Part shown: in pieces, positions 10,110-22,559 of the stretch
Position numbering within the stretch: position 1 is the stretch's first letter
How the letters are laid out: the number at the start of each line of letters is the position of its first letter
Source of the DNA: Coniocarpon cinnabarinum
Lineage: Eukaryota
NCBI GenBank assembly: GCA_051942205.1
Contig: JAVECO010000028.1
Location: 124,001 to 159,316, forward strand
Direction of reading: 5' to 3'
DNA length: 35,316 bases
Position numbers and translations under genes: made by a program
The notes under the pieces: generated by a model
Databases searched by the model: none
What the model saw: the letters and a program-made list of their open reading frames with translations, nothing else
Told to the model about the DNA's origin: nothing

Positions 10110-13100
10110 ATGGCCGCCCTGTCGGCAACGCAACTTCAAATGCAGACGGGAAAACCTACGTCAGAGAGTAAGCAGTCGTTCCTTCGCACTAGTCACCACG
10201 CGCATCAACACCAACGGCTGGCTGGTCGCGATTCTGCTTCACAAATACGTGGTGACCGAATCAGCGTGAGCGCAATCATCAACTGACGCTGCCTCAATCT
10301 AGATAACAAGAAGCGCACCGCTACAACAGCCAATCTCGATGGCAACTCCAAGCCACGGCCCATCAAGCGCAGGGCGAGCAAGGCATGCCAGTGCTGTCGG
10401 TCACGGAAAGTCAGATGCAATGTCGTCGAACACGGCGCGCCCTGCACCAATTGTCGCCTGGACCAAGTGGAGTGCATCATTACGGAGAGTAAGAGGAAGA
10501 GGTAAGACCCCTCGCAGTCCTTCAACAGCCCGTGAGCCTCGTACTAACCTTGCCTGTTCTTAGAAAGCCAATACCAGGGATTGACATCGAACGGCCACAC
10601 GATGACACAGACCGTCACTCGACCCTGCAGCCCAACGATACGCGCCCATGGCCATTGCAAACAAATCATCAACAGCAGGAACAATACACCGGTCCCAATG
10701 GACACGTGCCTCATTCTTTATGTCAGTCTCGTCCTCCACAATGACTGCTTGGGACACATGCCATTGACTGACTGTGTACCCAGACCGCATGCACGACCCG
10801 AACCAAATCTCTCCACAATCAGCTACCTTTCCTCTGCAGCATCCGTCCATCTCAATACCCGAGACGAGTGCCCCGCCGTCCGTCAACCACCTACAGCGAC
10901 CACCTATGACACCATCCCTGAACCACGACTTGAACATGCCTCACTCCCCGCCCGAACATCCGCCGCCAGCAGTGCCTGATTTCGTCAAAAGCTTTTCGGA
11001 GAAGATTGGCCCAGAAGAAGCCCAGTTCCTGCGGAGGAAAGGCGCATTGTCCTTACCTGATCCGGAGTTACGCTCTGCGCTTCTGGAGAGCTACGTCAAC
11101 TTTGTATACCCCTACGTGCCGACTGTGGAACTCAATGACTTCTTCTCGATTGTCCAGCACGAGGACGGCAGCCAGGGTAAGGTGTCGTTGCTGGTCTTCC
11201 AAGCTCTCATGTTCGCGGGTTCCTCCTTCGTCGACTACTCACATCTCAAACGTGCTGGATTCCGGTCACGACAAGAAGCTCGCAAGGCCTTCTATCAAAA
11301 GGCGCGCCTTCTGTATGACTTTGACTATGAAGACGACCGGATTGCCTTGCTTCAAGCCTTACTTTTGATGACGTACTGGTACGAGTCGCCCAATGACCAG
11401 AAGGATACCTGGCATTGGCTGGGTGTTGCCATCTCCGTCGCGACATCCATCGGTCTCAACCGTGATCCGTCTTGGGGACCACTTGACAAGCGGCGGCAAA
11501 GTCTCTGGAAACGTCTTTGGTGGAGCACGGTCATACGTGATCGCCTCATTGCCATTGGCATGCGCAGGCCACTACGAATCAAGAGCTCAGAACACAACGT
11601 GCCGATGCTGACGCTGGATGACTTTCCGTTAGAACCTCTCAGCAGCAACATCACCGTCGTCGGCCCGTCTTGTGTCGTTGCCTACGACGCCGGCATGCGA
11701 GCCAGTCTCGCCCAGCTCTGCATTGCCAAAGCTCAGTTCTGCGCTTGCATAGGCCACGTCCTCACGTCGCAATATTCACAACCCACGTCCAATCGCAACT
11801 TCGCTACCGAACCAGTCACGACGGAAGTGCTCTTACCGAATCGCAAAGAGAACCCCTCCAGCGAGGTTGCTGCCTGCGCGTCTGAAATCGACGCCTGGAT
11901 CAACAATCTTTGCCCCGAGGCCCAGCTTCCTGACGACCTCGACGCCATCGCCTCCTCCAAGCATTCTGCGCCGCCGCCGAACGCACCCTTTGTCCTCGCA
12001 CGCGCTCTCCTCCACGCCGTCTACTACATGACCCTCTCCGCGCTCCACCGCCCTCAAGCTGACGCCCTGCACCACTCCACAACGCCGTGCTCGCACCTGT
12101 TCGCCGTCGGTCCCGCGAACCCACGCGATCACGTGCGCTACGCCGCCTTCCGCATTACTCAAATTGCGCAGTACCTCCTCCGGCAATCGCTCGTCCGCTT
12201 CCTCCCCACGACCGGCGTCACAGTCCTCCAACCCGCCATCATCTCGCACATGATGGACGTCAAGTCCTCCGACCTCGACGTCCGCACACAAGGCCTCAAA
12301 GGCTTCTGCCAGTCCATCGAGGCCCTCAATCGACTGCGAGACATCTACGCCGGCGCCGAATACTCCGTTATGATCATTGACGCCGCCGTTCGCCGCGCCA
12401 ACATCGACACAAGCGCTTGGCCTATCTTTAAACCGCCGCAGTCAGAGTCCCAAGATACGAAACAGGAATCACCCATGCCGGATCAGCAACCACCAGGCAC
12501 GACGGCCCCGGCGTCGACGCTGAAACCACCCTTGCCATCCGCGAGCGGCGCCACGACCCCGAGACGTTTCCTGAGTATTGAAGATCTCGTTGATGCGGGC
12601 CTCCGACAGCAAATCGTGCATCCGTCGTCGATGCAAGTCCCGCCCACGCCTCCGCCTGAGGGGGCCAATGGCGCTGTCCTCGGCCACGAGAATCTCAGTG
12701 GCGGTCGTCAGGCCGCGAAAAGCATCCTCAACGATGAAGCCGTCGCGACGAGGTTGGCTATGTATCTCGCCACGACGACACCACCTGCCAGCGCCAATCC
12801 TGAAACCGACACCGCCTCTTTCCCTTTTTCCCACCCTCATCACCAAAATCATGGCCACAACGGTGAAAACGTGCATCCTGGTTTTAAAGCGGAGAATCCG
12901 GCGCTGCGACTCGATCCCTACGGTCTTAAGCCCGAGGGCGACAATTGGACTCCGAGACTGGGGAATGTGACATTATCGCGGACGCCGCGAATGCATGGCG
13001 CGCTCACCCCCGCGGGCGGGGATCTGGACCGCGACTTTGAGACGCTGATTAATACTGAAGAATTGGTGGATGCGTTTACGAATAGTGGGGATGGAGGTCT

Positions 13101-13179
13101 TGCCGTGCAGGGGGAGAGTAGTGGGTTCTTTTTTGAGCTCGGGATGATGGGGGACGGCGATCTGGGGTTTGGTATGTGA
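10110..13179 (+). CDS. farB: Zn(II)2Cys6 transcription factor, cutinase transcription factor 1-beta / FarB type; exons 10110-10167, 10303-10501, 10564-10721, 10784-13179, ~936 aa
   Basis: Spliced N-terminus KRRASKACQCCRSRKVRCNVVEHGAPCTNCRLDQVECIITESKRKR. Three GT-AG introns with CTGAC/CTAAC branch sites keep the frame. Fungal_trans domain with LLYDFDYEDDR..LLQALLLMTYWYESP.DQKDTWHW, typical of CTF1-beta/FarB. Confidence 0.9.
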
Positions 13180-13659
13180 ATGCGTAGTTGAGTGAAATGT
13201 CTCATGTGATTTCACTTGAGATGATATTATTCTTTGGAGACATGAGTCATGTGATACCGCAAGAGATGCGGGAAATGGTCGGTCTTTACCGAAACCGTGA
13301 GGATTGCGGTCATGGACATGCGGAGATGTTCTGCTTCGTTGTACAGTCTGAGAATGTGTATAGTAGCGTTTATGATTCACGATCAATGTATATGTTGCTA
13401 TGTCAGAAGTCTGTCATACATTGACACCTCGACACCTCTTCCAACGCTGAAAAGCGCGCTTGGATCTTCTTTCATGGGATTTGAAAGGCGCTTGGGTCAC
13501 AGCAGTCTCGCGCACCTTTCTAGTTGAGTTTTATCCATGATTATATGTGAGGTTACCATAGCTCACCCTCATTTCTCGCCGCAATCGCTAGAACCTCAAC
13601 ATGATGAACGTCGTCCACACCGCTGTAGCCACGCCAGATTCAACCGCTCCAGCAAGGCT

Positions 13660-13761
13660 TAGCAATATTTCATAGCAATACTTCATAGCAAGACTTCATA
13701 GCAAGACTTCATAGCAATACTTCATAGCAATACTATAGCAATACTTCACAGCAATACTTCA
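13660..13761. repeat. Minisatellite, 13-bp unit TAGCAA(T/G)ACTTCA, ~8 copies
   Basis: Directly visible tandem copies. Confidence 0.9.
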
Positions 13762-13835
13762 CGGCCAGTGTCACGCAATCTCCAGCCCTCTGACCACCAT
13801 CTCCCAACCCCAAGACCAAATCCCCAAGACCCAAT

Positions 13836-13966
13836 CCCCAACTCTGAATCCCCAACTCTGAATTCCCAACTCTGAATTCCCAACTCTGAATCCCCAACTC
13901 TGAATTCCCAACTCTGAATTCCCAACTCTGAATCCCCAACTCTGAATTCCCAACTCTGAATCCCCA
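13836..13966. repeat. Minisatellite, 14-bp unit CCCAACTCTGAAT(T/C), ~9 copies
   Basis: Directly visible tandem copies, followed by degenerate CCAACTCGACTCA repeats. Confidence 0.92.
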
Positions 13967-14298
13967 AACCCCACCACCAGCCCAACTCATCCAACTCGAC
14001 TCATCCAACTCGACTCACCCAGCCCAACTCACCCAACCCGCCTAACCAACCCGACTAACAAACAAACCACAACCACCCCCATCGCCTACGCCAAAAAATG
14101 TCTCAAAGACTCTACACCTTAATCTCCCCTCGACACCACTTCCCCTTCTTCAGGGACTCTGTAATCATGTCAATAGTCAAGAGCGTCTTTCGGCGCGATT
14201 TCTAGATGCCAAAGGATGCAGTTCTTGATTCTTTGGATGGGAGGTGGAAGGCGGGACCGCGGAGGATGGCGGAACCGCGGGGGATGGAGATGTCTTTG

Positions 14299-14363
14299 AG
14301 GGTTAATTTGTAGGGTTAATTTGTAGGGTTAATTTTCAGGGTTAATTGTAGGTTTATTGTAGG
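14299..14363. repeat. Minisatellite, ~13-bp unit AGGGTTAATTTGT, ~5 degenerate copies
   Basis: Directly visible. Contains a TAGGGTTA telomere-like core. Confidence 0.8.
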
Positions 14364-14976
14364 ATATCACTGTGAGATGGAGGAGGAGGGGGTAAGTGAG
14401 TTCGAGACATTGTAACAGACTTGGCAAGTGAGGTTGTTGCGTTGGGTTTAATGTGTCGATGTGGTGGGTGATCGAAGTGCAGGACGAGATGTTGAGGGGA
14501 GTGATGGGAGTGGCGATGAGTGGAATGGGAAGCATCGTGATCGTGATAATGGGAAGGATCGTGATAATGGTGAGGAGAGTAATGATAGTAATGACAGTGC
14601 CGGACGAGATGGTACAGGAAAGTGACAAGCAACCACATTTCCCTGAAGAGTTTCTGCCAATTCGATACTACCACCGATTCAGGACGGAGCAGTTCATGAA
14701 CGCTGATGCTGATTTGATGGGGTATATATCTCTAAGACATCTGAATGCATGGGCAAGCAATCTTTCGCATGGGCCTGAAGCTGGCTGATTAAGTCAGTCC
14801 CAGAGCCGGTTTCGACATGCGAGGAATACAAAGGGAGGGACAAGCATACCAGCGACCCAAGAGAGCTGTTACATCAATTGCAGAATAGCAAGGCTTAGAG
14901 CGAAGACCACCGAGTCTACCGCTGATTCCGGTTTACAAAACTATCAAGTTCAGCCAACTGTACTTCAAGAGTACGA

Positions 14977-17900
14977 CTATCGTACTCTACTTACAAAATC
15001 TATAGAATCATCCTCGACATCGCCCTCGTAGCTGGCAAGAGCTCGAAGAAGGGCCTCCAAAATATCAGTCCCAGATCTGTCATCAGCCCACGTGCTCTCA
15101 ATGCATTGACGACAAGACGTTGCCAAAGGACTGACATCGCCCGTGAAACCGACGAGGTTTAAAAGACTAACCCAACGCCCTTGGAGTTAGTTCTCGATGG
15201 AGGCTTCAAGGTCCCAGTCCAAGAGGAGACATAGTGTGTATGTACCGAGTTCTGCTTGTGGGGTATCAGGCATTAATTGGTTGAGCAGTGTGTCGCATCT
15301 TTCGAAGATTTCGTGAGAGGGCGTGAAATGGGGTTGATTCTCAGCTTGTGGTATCTTCGAGAAGAAAGACTGTGTTCGGAGCGGCATACTGCTGGTAGAT
15401 GAGTATCTCAGTTCCCCAAGTCTATGAGATCTCGCTCGCTTGAGCGGTGGACTCTGTAATTAGCATGGAGAATGACATATCGGTTTTGGGGTACCTTGTA
15501 CCCCGATGTGAGTTTTTGAGTGTTTAATGATCCAGATCGGTACGACGACAGATGTTGAAAAAGACACAAGTCAGGATCCAGTTCCGAAGACGCCCTGCCA
15601 ATTCGTGGGAGATTCCAGGCAGGACACTTCCATCGAGAGCCTCAACGGAATACAATCTTTTGCAGCTCTCGGGCAGCCAAATTGTCTGCTGCACGTTTGC
15701 TACAAAAATCGCGTCATGAGGCAGTGCAATGCGCACTGTTTGCCAGATAAGCGTGGTAACAATAAGAAGGAAACATCAACCAAGCCTGTATCGCCTGCGA
15801 CCGAAATGGAGTTTTCCTATTTCTGGAAGAGTGATACTGGGCACCTTCAGACCTGACAGGTTCAACGAGCCGCTTACACGCTCGTCCACCATTGGTTCCT
15901 CGATGAGTGGAAAGTCCACTGGTAATTATGCTTTCCTAGAAAGTTAATCCTAGAATAAATTTAACAATCCCCATCCGACTACACAGATGATCTTCCTGCG
16001 TGGCCTCCGTCACCACTCAGAGAAGCGCTCAAAAGACCTGATCCATGATGACTCTCGGCTCCTGCTCGTAGTCACCTCTTTTGCGGTATCGGCTCCGCAT
16101 CTGCCGTCTAAGTTTCCCCAGCCGTGGGCCCCGCTACTCTCTCCTCGCGCACGGAGGGGTGCGTCAGTTTTCGGTTTCAGAAAGACGTCCCAGAGTGCTT
16201 CGCGGTCAAATGAAGCCTCCAGTGGCAGCAGTTGCGCAGCTCCACTTAGTGTCAATTTGTCGATGAAACTTGACTGGTAGCCCTCCACCGCCGAACATGT
16301 AGATACGTCCAGCTCTCTCGCATTGCCGCCAGGTGCATTGTGGGTAGGGGAATGGCTTGTTCGAGAGTGTGAGTTGAACTACCTGGTCCGTCGATCTAAC
16401 GAAAATGCGTGAGCAAGTCTGTCAGAGTAATAGCGTTTCCTTGAAGTGAATGGTCTGGTTTCGAGATAGGGCCGCATAAAACGTGGCTGATTGCGTTTGC
16501 GTCGTCCTCACTCACTTGATGAACAGTGACAACCCCAACTACGTTGCTGGAAAGATGTATGAGCTTGACTAGCTCCCGCATCAGATCAGGAAGCGTCAGC
16601 CGCCAGGTTTAGGCTAGATCTACATGAGATTGCGCAACCCACGTGAGCCCTAGAACAAAGACAGCCAATCCAAAGCGAACAGCACGTGTCCATCCTGCCG
16701 AGCGGAAATTGGGTGCCTCCCAACCTCGCCGTTTAGGAATCGAAACATTGCCAAACGAAACTTCACGCGTGACACATGCCCACTTGGTCAGCTTCAATGC
16801 AACTTTCATCACGTCTTGTGCGCCACACCAGGTATGAAGAGATTGACGGCTTGGTTTCACGACAGCAAGAAGCGACCCGAAACGCTCGACCTTTTCTGAA
16901 GCGCGCTTTCCAGGAAGTCCTGGTTCACCATTGCTGTCACTCTCAACCAGTTCATGTTCTTTTTCAGCTTTACACACTGCTTCCAGAGTCACTGGGAGAC
17001 TGTCATTCACTTGATTCCTAAACAAATCCAGCCAATGTTCTCTGAGATCTTTCGCTGCAGGTCGAAGTCTTTAATACGTTATAAAGGCGCGAGTAAGAGC
17101 TCCGACCCAAGTGATTAGCAAGAATCCTAATGAGACCCACCAAATCGCCACAGGTAAGCTAAGGTAGTAGACAATGCATGCGTCCACAAGTGCGCCGCAA
17201 AGGACAACGACAAACAAGTTGCGTCGTCGAACAACTTTCGGCGAAGTTTTTGCTGGCGGCACAATAAGCAACTGTTGGCGTGCAGGCATATCGAGCGGCT
17301 AATGGTCTACATGTCTAGCGTTACTGTGGGACAAAACAGCTTTTTGAAATATCTTCAATTGGAACTGCAGCTCTGTTACCCCTTCTTGCCGAATAAGAAG
17401 AAGCAGAGAGATTGAGAACAACGCAATCCCACAATAGCCGGCAAGGCCCATAATGAGGATCTGCAACCCAGATCCGTTGTTTGTGTTGTGTGTGGCGTAA
17501 TAACCACTGACTTGTACGGCGATCATGCTTGCTGCTAAAACGTCAGCAAAGATCATAGCGTTGAGACTTATATTGGATAGACCGCTTCTTCCAGGCTGTT
17601 AAAATTGAGTGGGACTGATCGCTGTGGTTCTCTGGCCAAGGATAGCGCGCGGACTCCCAGTTTCGAGTGCGCTATCGATCTTCGAACTTTGGTCTCAGAA
17701 TCGGCATATCAGCTCAGCGCCCTGTTGCAAGTCGAGAGTGTTGCGATGCAGAGCTAGAATTAGTTCATAGTCTCTGTCATATAGCTCGAGTTAGTCATTC
17801 TGAGAAAGAGTCTCCTGGAAGGCTCAAAGTGTCTCAGCGACCTTCTGGAGTCAGAAAGCATGAGAAGTGGTAGACATGAGGAACTACATCAGTGTCTTGT

Positions 17901-18441
17901 CCACATAGGGGCAGACAAAGGCGCTGTTCTCGGGGTGGTGGGCAGCATCGATCTCAATCGCCTTTTTGGTATAAGTTGACGTTGCTGGTTCTACGCTCAA
18001 TGCCGTCAATTCTACCAGGGATTCAATTCTGCGATCCGATTCGCGTCCGACGAGTCTGACTCCTGCCACCAGCAAGGTTATGATACCGAGCGGCGCTGCA
18101 GCAAGAAGTCAAAGCTGGTTATTGGAGGCCACGCGCACGTATTCTTCAGCATTACGTTCACCAAGAAGCACCATAAGAGGAGCCACATTAGCAATAAGCG
18201 AACTCCACACGTCACTTGAGTCTGACAAGGGCGTATCTTGAATTGGATCGTGCTGCACTATCGCAGCAAGTGCGCAGCCCCCAGCGAAGCTTACGATAAG
18301 GAACAAGAGAAATAATACACGCATCTTTACGCCGCTTGCAGGTGTTGCATCGGTGGTTTCGAGAAGAGGGATATCCTCATTCACTGCCCTGGAGTTGGCC
18401 GATGAAGTGGCCTCTATGTTGCTGTTTGAATGGCCGGCCAT
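14977..18441 (-). pseudogene. Disrupted gene for a large multi-TM protein; N-terminal motif resembles that of fungal TM/ankyrin-repeat-associated proteins
   Basis: Signal-like MRVLFLLFLIVSFAGG, then SSLIANVAPLMVLLGERNAEEY...*LLAAAPLGIITLLVAGVRLVG. ORF fragments 18109-18465, 17884-18075, 17299-17556, 17071-17289, 16609-17025 and 16396-16581 share one frame and are separated by in-frame stops. Frameshifts follow near ~16350 and ~15400. Confidence 0.7.
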
Positions 18442-19122
18442 CGCGTCGGTGCAGTTCGCAGTCAAACAGAGGGTAAGTCATTCGAGCGGACGTTGTAAAT
18501 TGAGCCGTGGCACGTCCGCAAGCGTACAGTACAGGGAGAATTCGCAAGATATCAAGCGACGCAGAGCCCTGATTTGCAGCCCTGGCCGAACATATGTAGC
18601 GTCGCCTTGCTGTAGAGGCTGTAGAGGTCGCCAAGAGCTGTTCACAGGAGGAAGGTAATGCCCAAAAGAAATGATCGCCTTGCAGAGTTGAGCTGTTCTA
18701 ATTGCCACGGACTATGATGCTCGAATTCCTAGGCCTCGGCGCTTTATTCCATTCCGTGTAATCACCTTGGACGATGCCACTCACAGATATTTGGAAGACT
18801 GTTGCTAGTCTGCTGCAAGGTTGAGAAAGCAGTCTCATCAGCAGACAAGGTGCGGGAAACCCTCGGTAGCTTGTTATCAAATGCAGACGTGAGTTTGAAG
18901 ATACATGCAATATGACCTTGCAGGACAAGAATGTATGAGAGCATACGCACCCACAGGATCATTTCAGCTCCTGGGCTGATCAATTTGTCAAGCATGTTCA
19001 CAGCATGTTTCGCATACCAATCGGTCAAAGCAATCTGAATGCACACAATGGGCACAATGGCTTGCTTGAAATGCACAAGCATGCAACCCAAGGCGGGCTG
19101 ATGATGCCTTTAGAGGATCACC

Positions 19123-21441
19123 TTATCCAATCCACACGCGACACGTACCGTCCGCGCCTGCGCTGATTAGTCGTGATCCAGCACCATTACTCGCAACCCA
19201 CTCGACGTCCATGACACCAAGGCTCTGCGAAACCTGATGACCCCTCAACACCGTCAAGGGCACGATACTCGCGTTCTCCATCAATCCCGCGCTCACGCCT
19301 CCGTGAAACACTTGCACCGAACCATCGTCACTGCAATCTGCGAACAGCGGCAGCCTCGGATGGAATTTGACGCTCCGTATCGCGCGACCGTGATACCGCA
19401 ATGTCTTATAGGGCGTGGCGCCCAGATCCAAATCCATCCATAACAGGCGCCTATCATACGATGACACGACAAGATTGTCTCCGCCAGTATGGATTGAGAA
19501 TGAAGAGATCCATTTCGCGCCTGGCTGCAGCGTCTTAAGAAGTTCCTGTTTTTGTAGGTCATATGAGCGAATCGTGCGCTGCGTCGCGACAAAGAGAACG
19601 GGTTTGGTGGGGTGGAATGCCGCGTATTGAGGTGGACCCTTGAGAGCGCGCAGAGGGTGCTGAGTCAGGTGTGTCGAGAGCGTGTGAATCGCGAGCGCGC
19701 TGCGACCACCACGGGGAGAGACAGTGACGAAGTGGCTCCCGTGGCGGTGCCAGGTAAGCGACTTGACGGGGGCGGGGAGAGAAATTTGTAGAGCTACGTC
19801 GGTGTTGCGGAGGGAAGACGGTGGGCGGACCCATCGTGTTGCTGGAGTAGCGACATTAGTCTCGGAGAAGCCAGCATTGAGCAGATTGAGGGTATCGGAC
19901 CGGGAGGTCATAGTATCAGCAGAAAGATCAGGAGCGAGGAGGTAGATCGTATCCCCAACGGTTGCAGCAAGGACGGACACAACAGGCGTAGGACGCCAAG
20001 CGACATTGGTAACGGGAGCGTCAGTGGAGAGCTGAGCTTGCCATAAGCAATTGGCGTTGTCCAGTGACCAGACGCGAACAAAGCCATCGTCTCCAGCACT
20101 AGCAAAGCATTCGCCACCAGGGTGCAGTGACACTGAACGAGCAATGCCCTTGTGCGCCTGCATGACGGTAGCCTCTCTGCTTGGAAACGGACGTAGATCA
20201 TCAGGGTCCGGAAGCTTTGGCAATAGGCTATCAGGATCAATGTTGAGCCTGGTTCTGCGGACTCGAGGTGCCAAATACAGATCGAGACAGCGCTCAAATT
20301 TCTCCTTGATAAATTGAGCGTAGCCCGGTACCTTACGAAGGGCGTCATGATCAGCGGGAAGGTATTCCTTGGTTTTATCTTCGTCATCTTGAGCTTCCCA
20401 CTCCTTGCGTTCAGACTCGTCCGGAAGATATTCTGCTGGAGGATGATAGCTTTCATCAAAGCCCGGAGGCGGGAGCTTGGGCGCTCGCATGTCCATAGGG
20501 TGATCTGGACGGGGTGCTTCGTTGGCCCAGACGTCATAGTGAATGAGGGCTTCATCGTCGTCCTCGTCCTCAGGTTGAGGCGGACGATACGGCTGGATGC
20601 GACCTTCTCGAATGGCTCGTACAAGCTTCATCACACGCTTGTGCTCATGTTTGGAGGGTATGAAGCGGCGCTTGGGCTCAGGTGCTGCGGAAAGAGACAT
20701 TTGTTCCGTCTTACTGGTGAAGTACTCAACTGTGGCTGGATAAGGATCGTAGCCTTCCGCTGGTACCTCGTTGCGGGTCACTTTTCTGAGGACGTCCAGC
20801 TCTTCCGCAGAGAGCTCCAGTGGCTTGCCAGTGGTAGGGTCTGTAAGGCCCGTCCAACCTTCAGGTATATCAATGGTGTCAAGGAGTGAGTCTAAGGCTG
20901 CACCCTTGGCAGGGCGTGTGACCTTTTTGCCATTAATATCATAACCAATATGCGGATACGAATCATAAAATGACAGTGGTATGTTTCCAATTGTATTTTG
21001 AGTAAGAGGAGCCTCAGAATCGTCGCTGTCATAGGTGGGTTCTATTTCAGGATAGATGTATCGCTCGTTGCCATTGGCGTCTTGTTCGACCTTGAAAGGT
21101 CTTAAACGATGGCGATTGACTTCATCTTCGACGTCCTCATCCTCTTCGACCTGATTCTCGTTCAGCAGAGGCATACCATTGGTCGTGGGCTTCGCGTCTG
21201 CGTCTTCTTCCGGAGGTATCTCGTCACTTTCCAAATCTTCTCCGTCATCTGCATCTTCGTTCTCATCCTCGTCGCTGAACTCGAGGGAGCTAGGACTTCC
21301 ATCGCTGTCTTGATCGAGCTCCTCATTTTGGTCAAGCCTCAAAGGACCATTTCCGAGCTCGTCATAAATGGCTGCTTGAGCTGTCCCAGGTGCGTCCGAG
21401 GTGATCGCTTTTCTCTTGCGGTCTGGAAATACTTGTGACAT
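19123..21441 (-). CDS. ERB1: Ribosome biogenesis protein ERB1/BOP1 (PeBoW complex), 772 aa
   Basis: Acidic N-terminus. BOP1NT motifs [81 protein letters not shown]-terminal WD40 repeats. First ATG at 21441 (the ORF track starts at an upstream TTG). Confidence 0.96.
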   Translation of the reverse strand: MSQVFPDRKRKAITSDAPGTAQAAIYDELGNGPLRLDQNEELDQDSDGSPSSLEFSDEDENEDADDGEDLESDEIPPEEDADAKPTTNGMPLLNENQVEEDEDVEDEVNRHRLRPFKVEQDANGNERYIYPEIEPTYDSDDSEAPLTQNTIGNIPLSFYDSYPHIGYDINGKKVTRPAKGAALDSLLDTIDIPEGWTGLTDPTTGKPLELSAEELDVLRKVTRNEVPAEGYDPYPATVEYFTSKTEQMSLSAAPEPKRRFIPSKHEHKRVMKLVRAIREGRIQPYRPPQPEDEDDDEALIHYDVWANEAPRPDHPMDMRAPKLPPPGFDESYHPPAEYLPDESERKEWEAQDDEDKTKEYLPADHDALRKVPGYAQFIKEKFERCLDLYLAPRVRRTRLNIDPDSLLPKLPDPDDLRPFPSREATVMQAHKGIARSVSLHPGGECFASAGDDGFVRVWSLDNANCLWQAQLSTDAPVTNVAWRPTPVVSVLAATVGDTIYLLAPDLSADTMTSRSDTLNLLNAGFSETNVATPATRWVRPPSSLRNTDVALQISLPAPVKSLTWHRHGSHFVTVSPRGGRSALAIHTLSTHLTQHPLRALKGPPQYAAFHPTKPVLFVATQRTIRSYDLQKQELLKTLQPGAKWISSFSIHTGGDNLVVSSYDRRLLWMDLDLGATPYKTLRYHGRAIRSVKFHPRLPLFADCSDDGSVQVFHGGVSAGLMENASIVPLTVLRGHQVSQSLGVMDVEWVASNGAGSRLISAGADGTCRVWIG

Positions 21442-22559
21442 TTTGCTACTTCCCAATCTTCAAGGATCTGCACAGAGGTGTCGAGGGGACAAACTCGTCC
21501 AAAGAGTCCGCAGACGCGAATAGTGCGGTGCAAATTGTTGCCAAGATTTTACGTTGTCTTAGCGCCCTGCCGGCATAAACCGATCGCCGCACCGTATGGC
21601 GCTTTACAACTACAAGTAGGTATAAATTCCGTATAAACTCCGTTAAGCTACTATTTACTGTTTCTTAGTAGAAAGTAGCTTACTATTATTACTAATAAAT
21701 TTTTCTTTAACTATATAGTTATTATTATTATTACTTTATAAGTAATTAATAATATTAATAAAGCTACTAATTTATATATATATAGGTAGTATAAGTAATA
21801 AGAGTAGTAAGTATAGTATACTAGTACCTAGTAACCTAATTAATAATAATATAATATAGTAATTAATTATGTTATACTTATAGTATTTTACTTATAGTAC
21901 TTCTTATTCTTTTTTTTTCTTTTTTTTTCTTTTTTTTTAAGTAATTATAATTATAGTAGGCTATTCTAAAAGTAATATTAATATTTTTTATAAAAAAATT
22001 ACTACTTTATATAATAGTAGCGCTATATATAATAAAATTTTTTTTTTTTTTAGTAAATATAGTTTAACTACTAATTATAATATACTTAAATAGTAGCTAT
22101 CTAAATAAAGTTATATAAAAGATATAAATTACTATAATATCTATAATAAAGATAATATAGAGCTCTACAATTAAATATAAGTACTTTTTTACTAATTAAA
22201 ATACTTAGATAAAAAGATATATAAGATTTTAAGATTAAAAAAAAATTAGCTTAAAAAGAGCTTTAGTAAAAATCTAAAAAGACCTTAGTATATAACTATA
22301 GTACTTATTTATAGAGTATATAGAGTAATTTTAATATATTTATAATAATATATTAAAAGCTTTTAATAAGAGTAATATAACCTTATATAATTATTACTAT
22401 ATATATTATTATTTATATTATATAGAAATATATATTACTTAGATATAGGTACTTCTAGTACTTTAGTAGATTAATCTAGAGAGTATTATTTATAGAGACT
22501 TTAATTATAAAAAATAACCTTTTTACTTTTATTATACTATCTACACTAATAGTTCTAAC

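Noticed and set aside
2596..13179. Classical secondary-metabolite cluster
   Set aside because: No PKS, NRPS, terpene synthase or transporter is in the window, and the TF is a global lipid-regulator type.
13660..13966. CRISPR-like array
   Set aside because: Units are head-to-tail with no unique spacers, and the context is eukaryotic.
13733..14008. Three minus-strand ORFs with [14 protein letters not shown] repeats
   Set aside because: Artefact of a stop-free 14-bp minisatellite read in all three frames.
14299..14363. True or interstitial telomere
   Set aside because: No tandem TTAGGG hexamers. The unit is a 13-mer that only contains TAGGGTTA.
19237..21438. Alternative-frame and antisense ORFs within ERB1
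   Set aside because: Shadows of the ERB1 reading frame.
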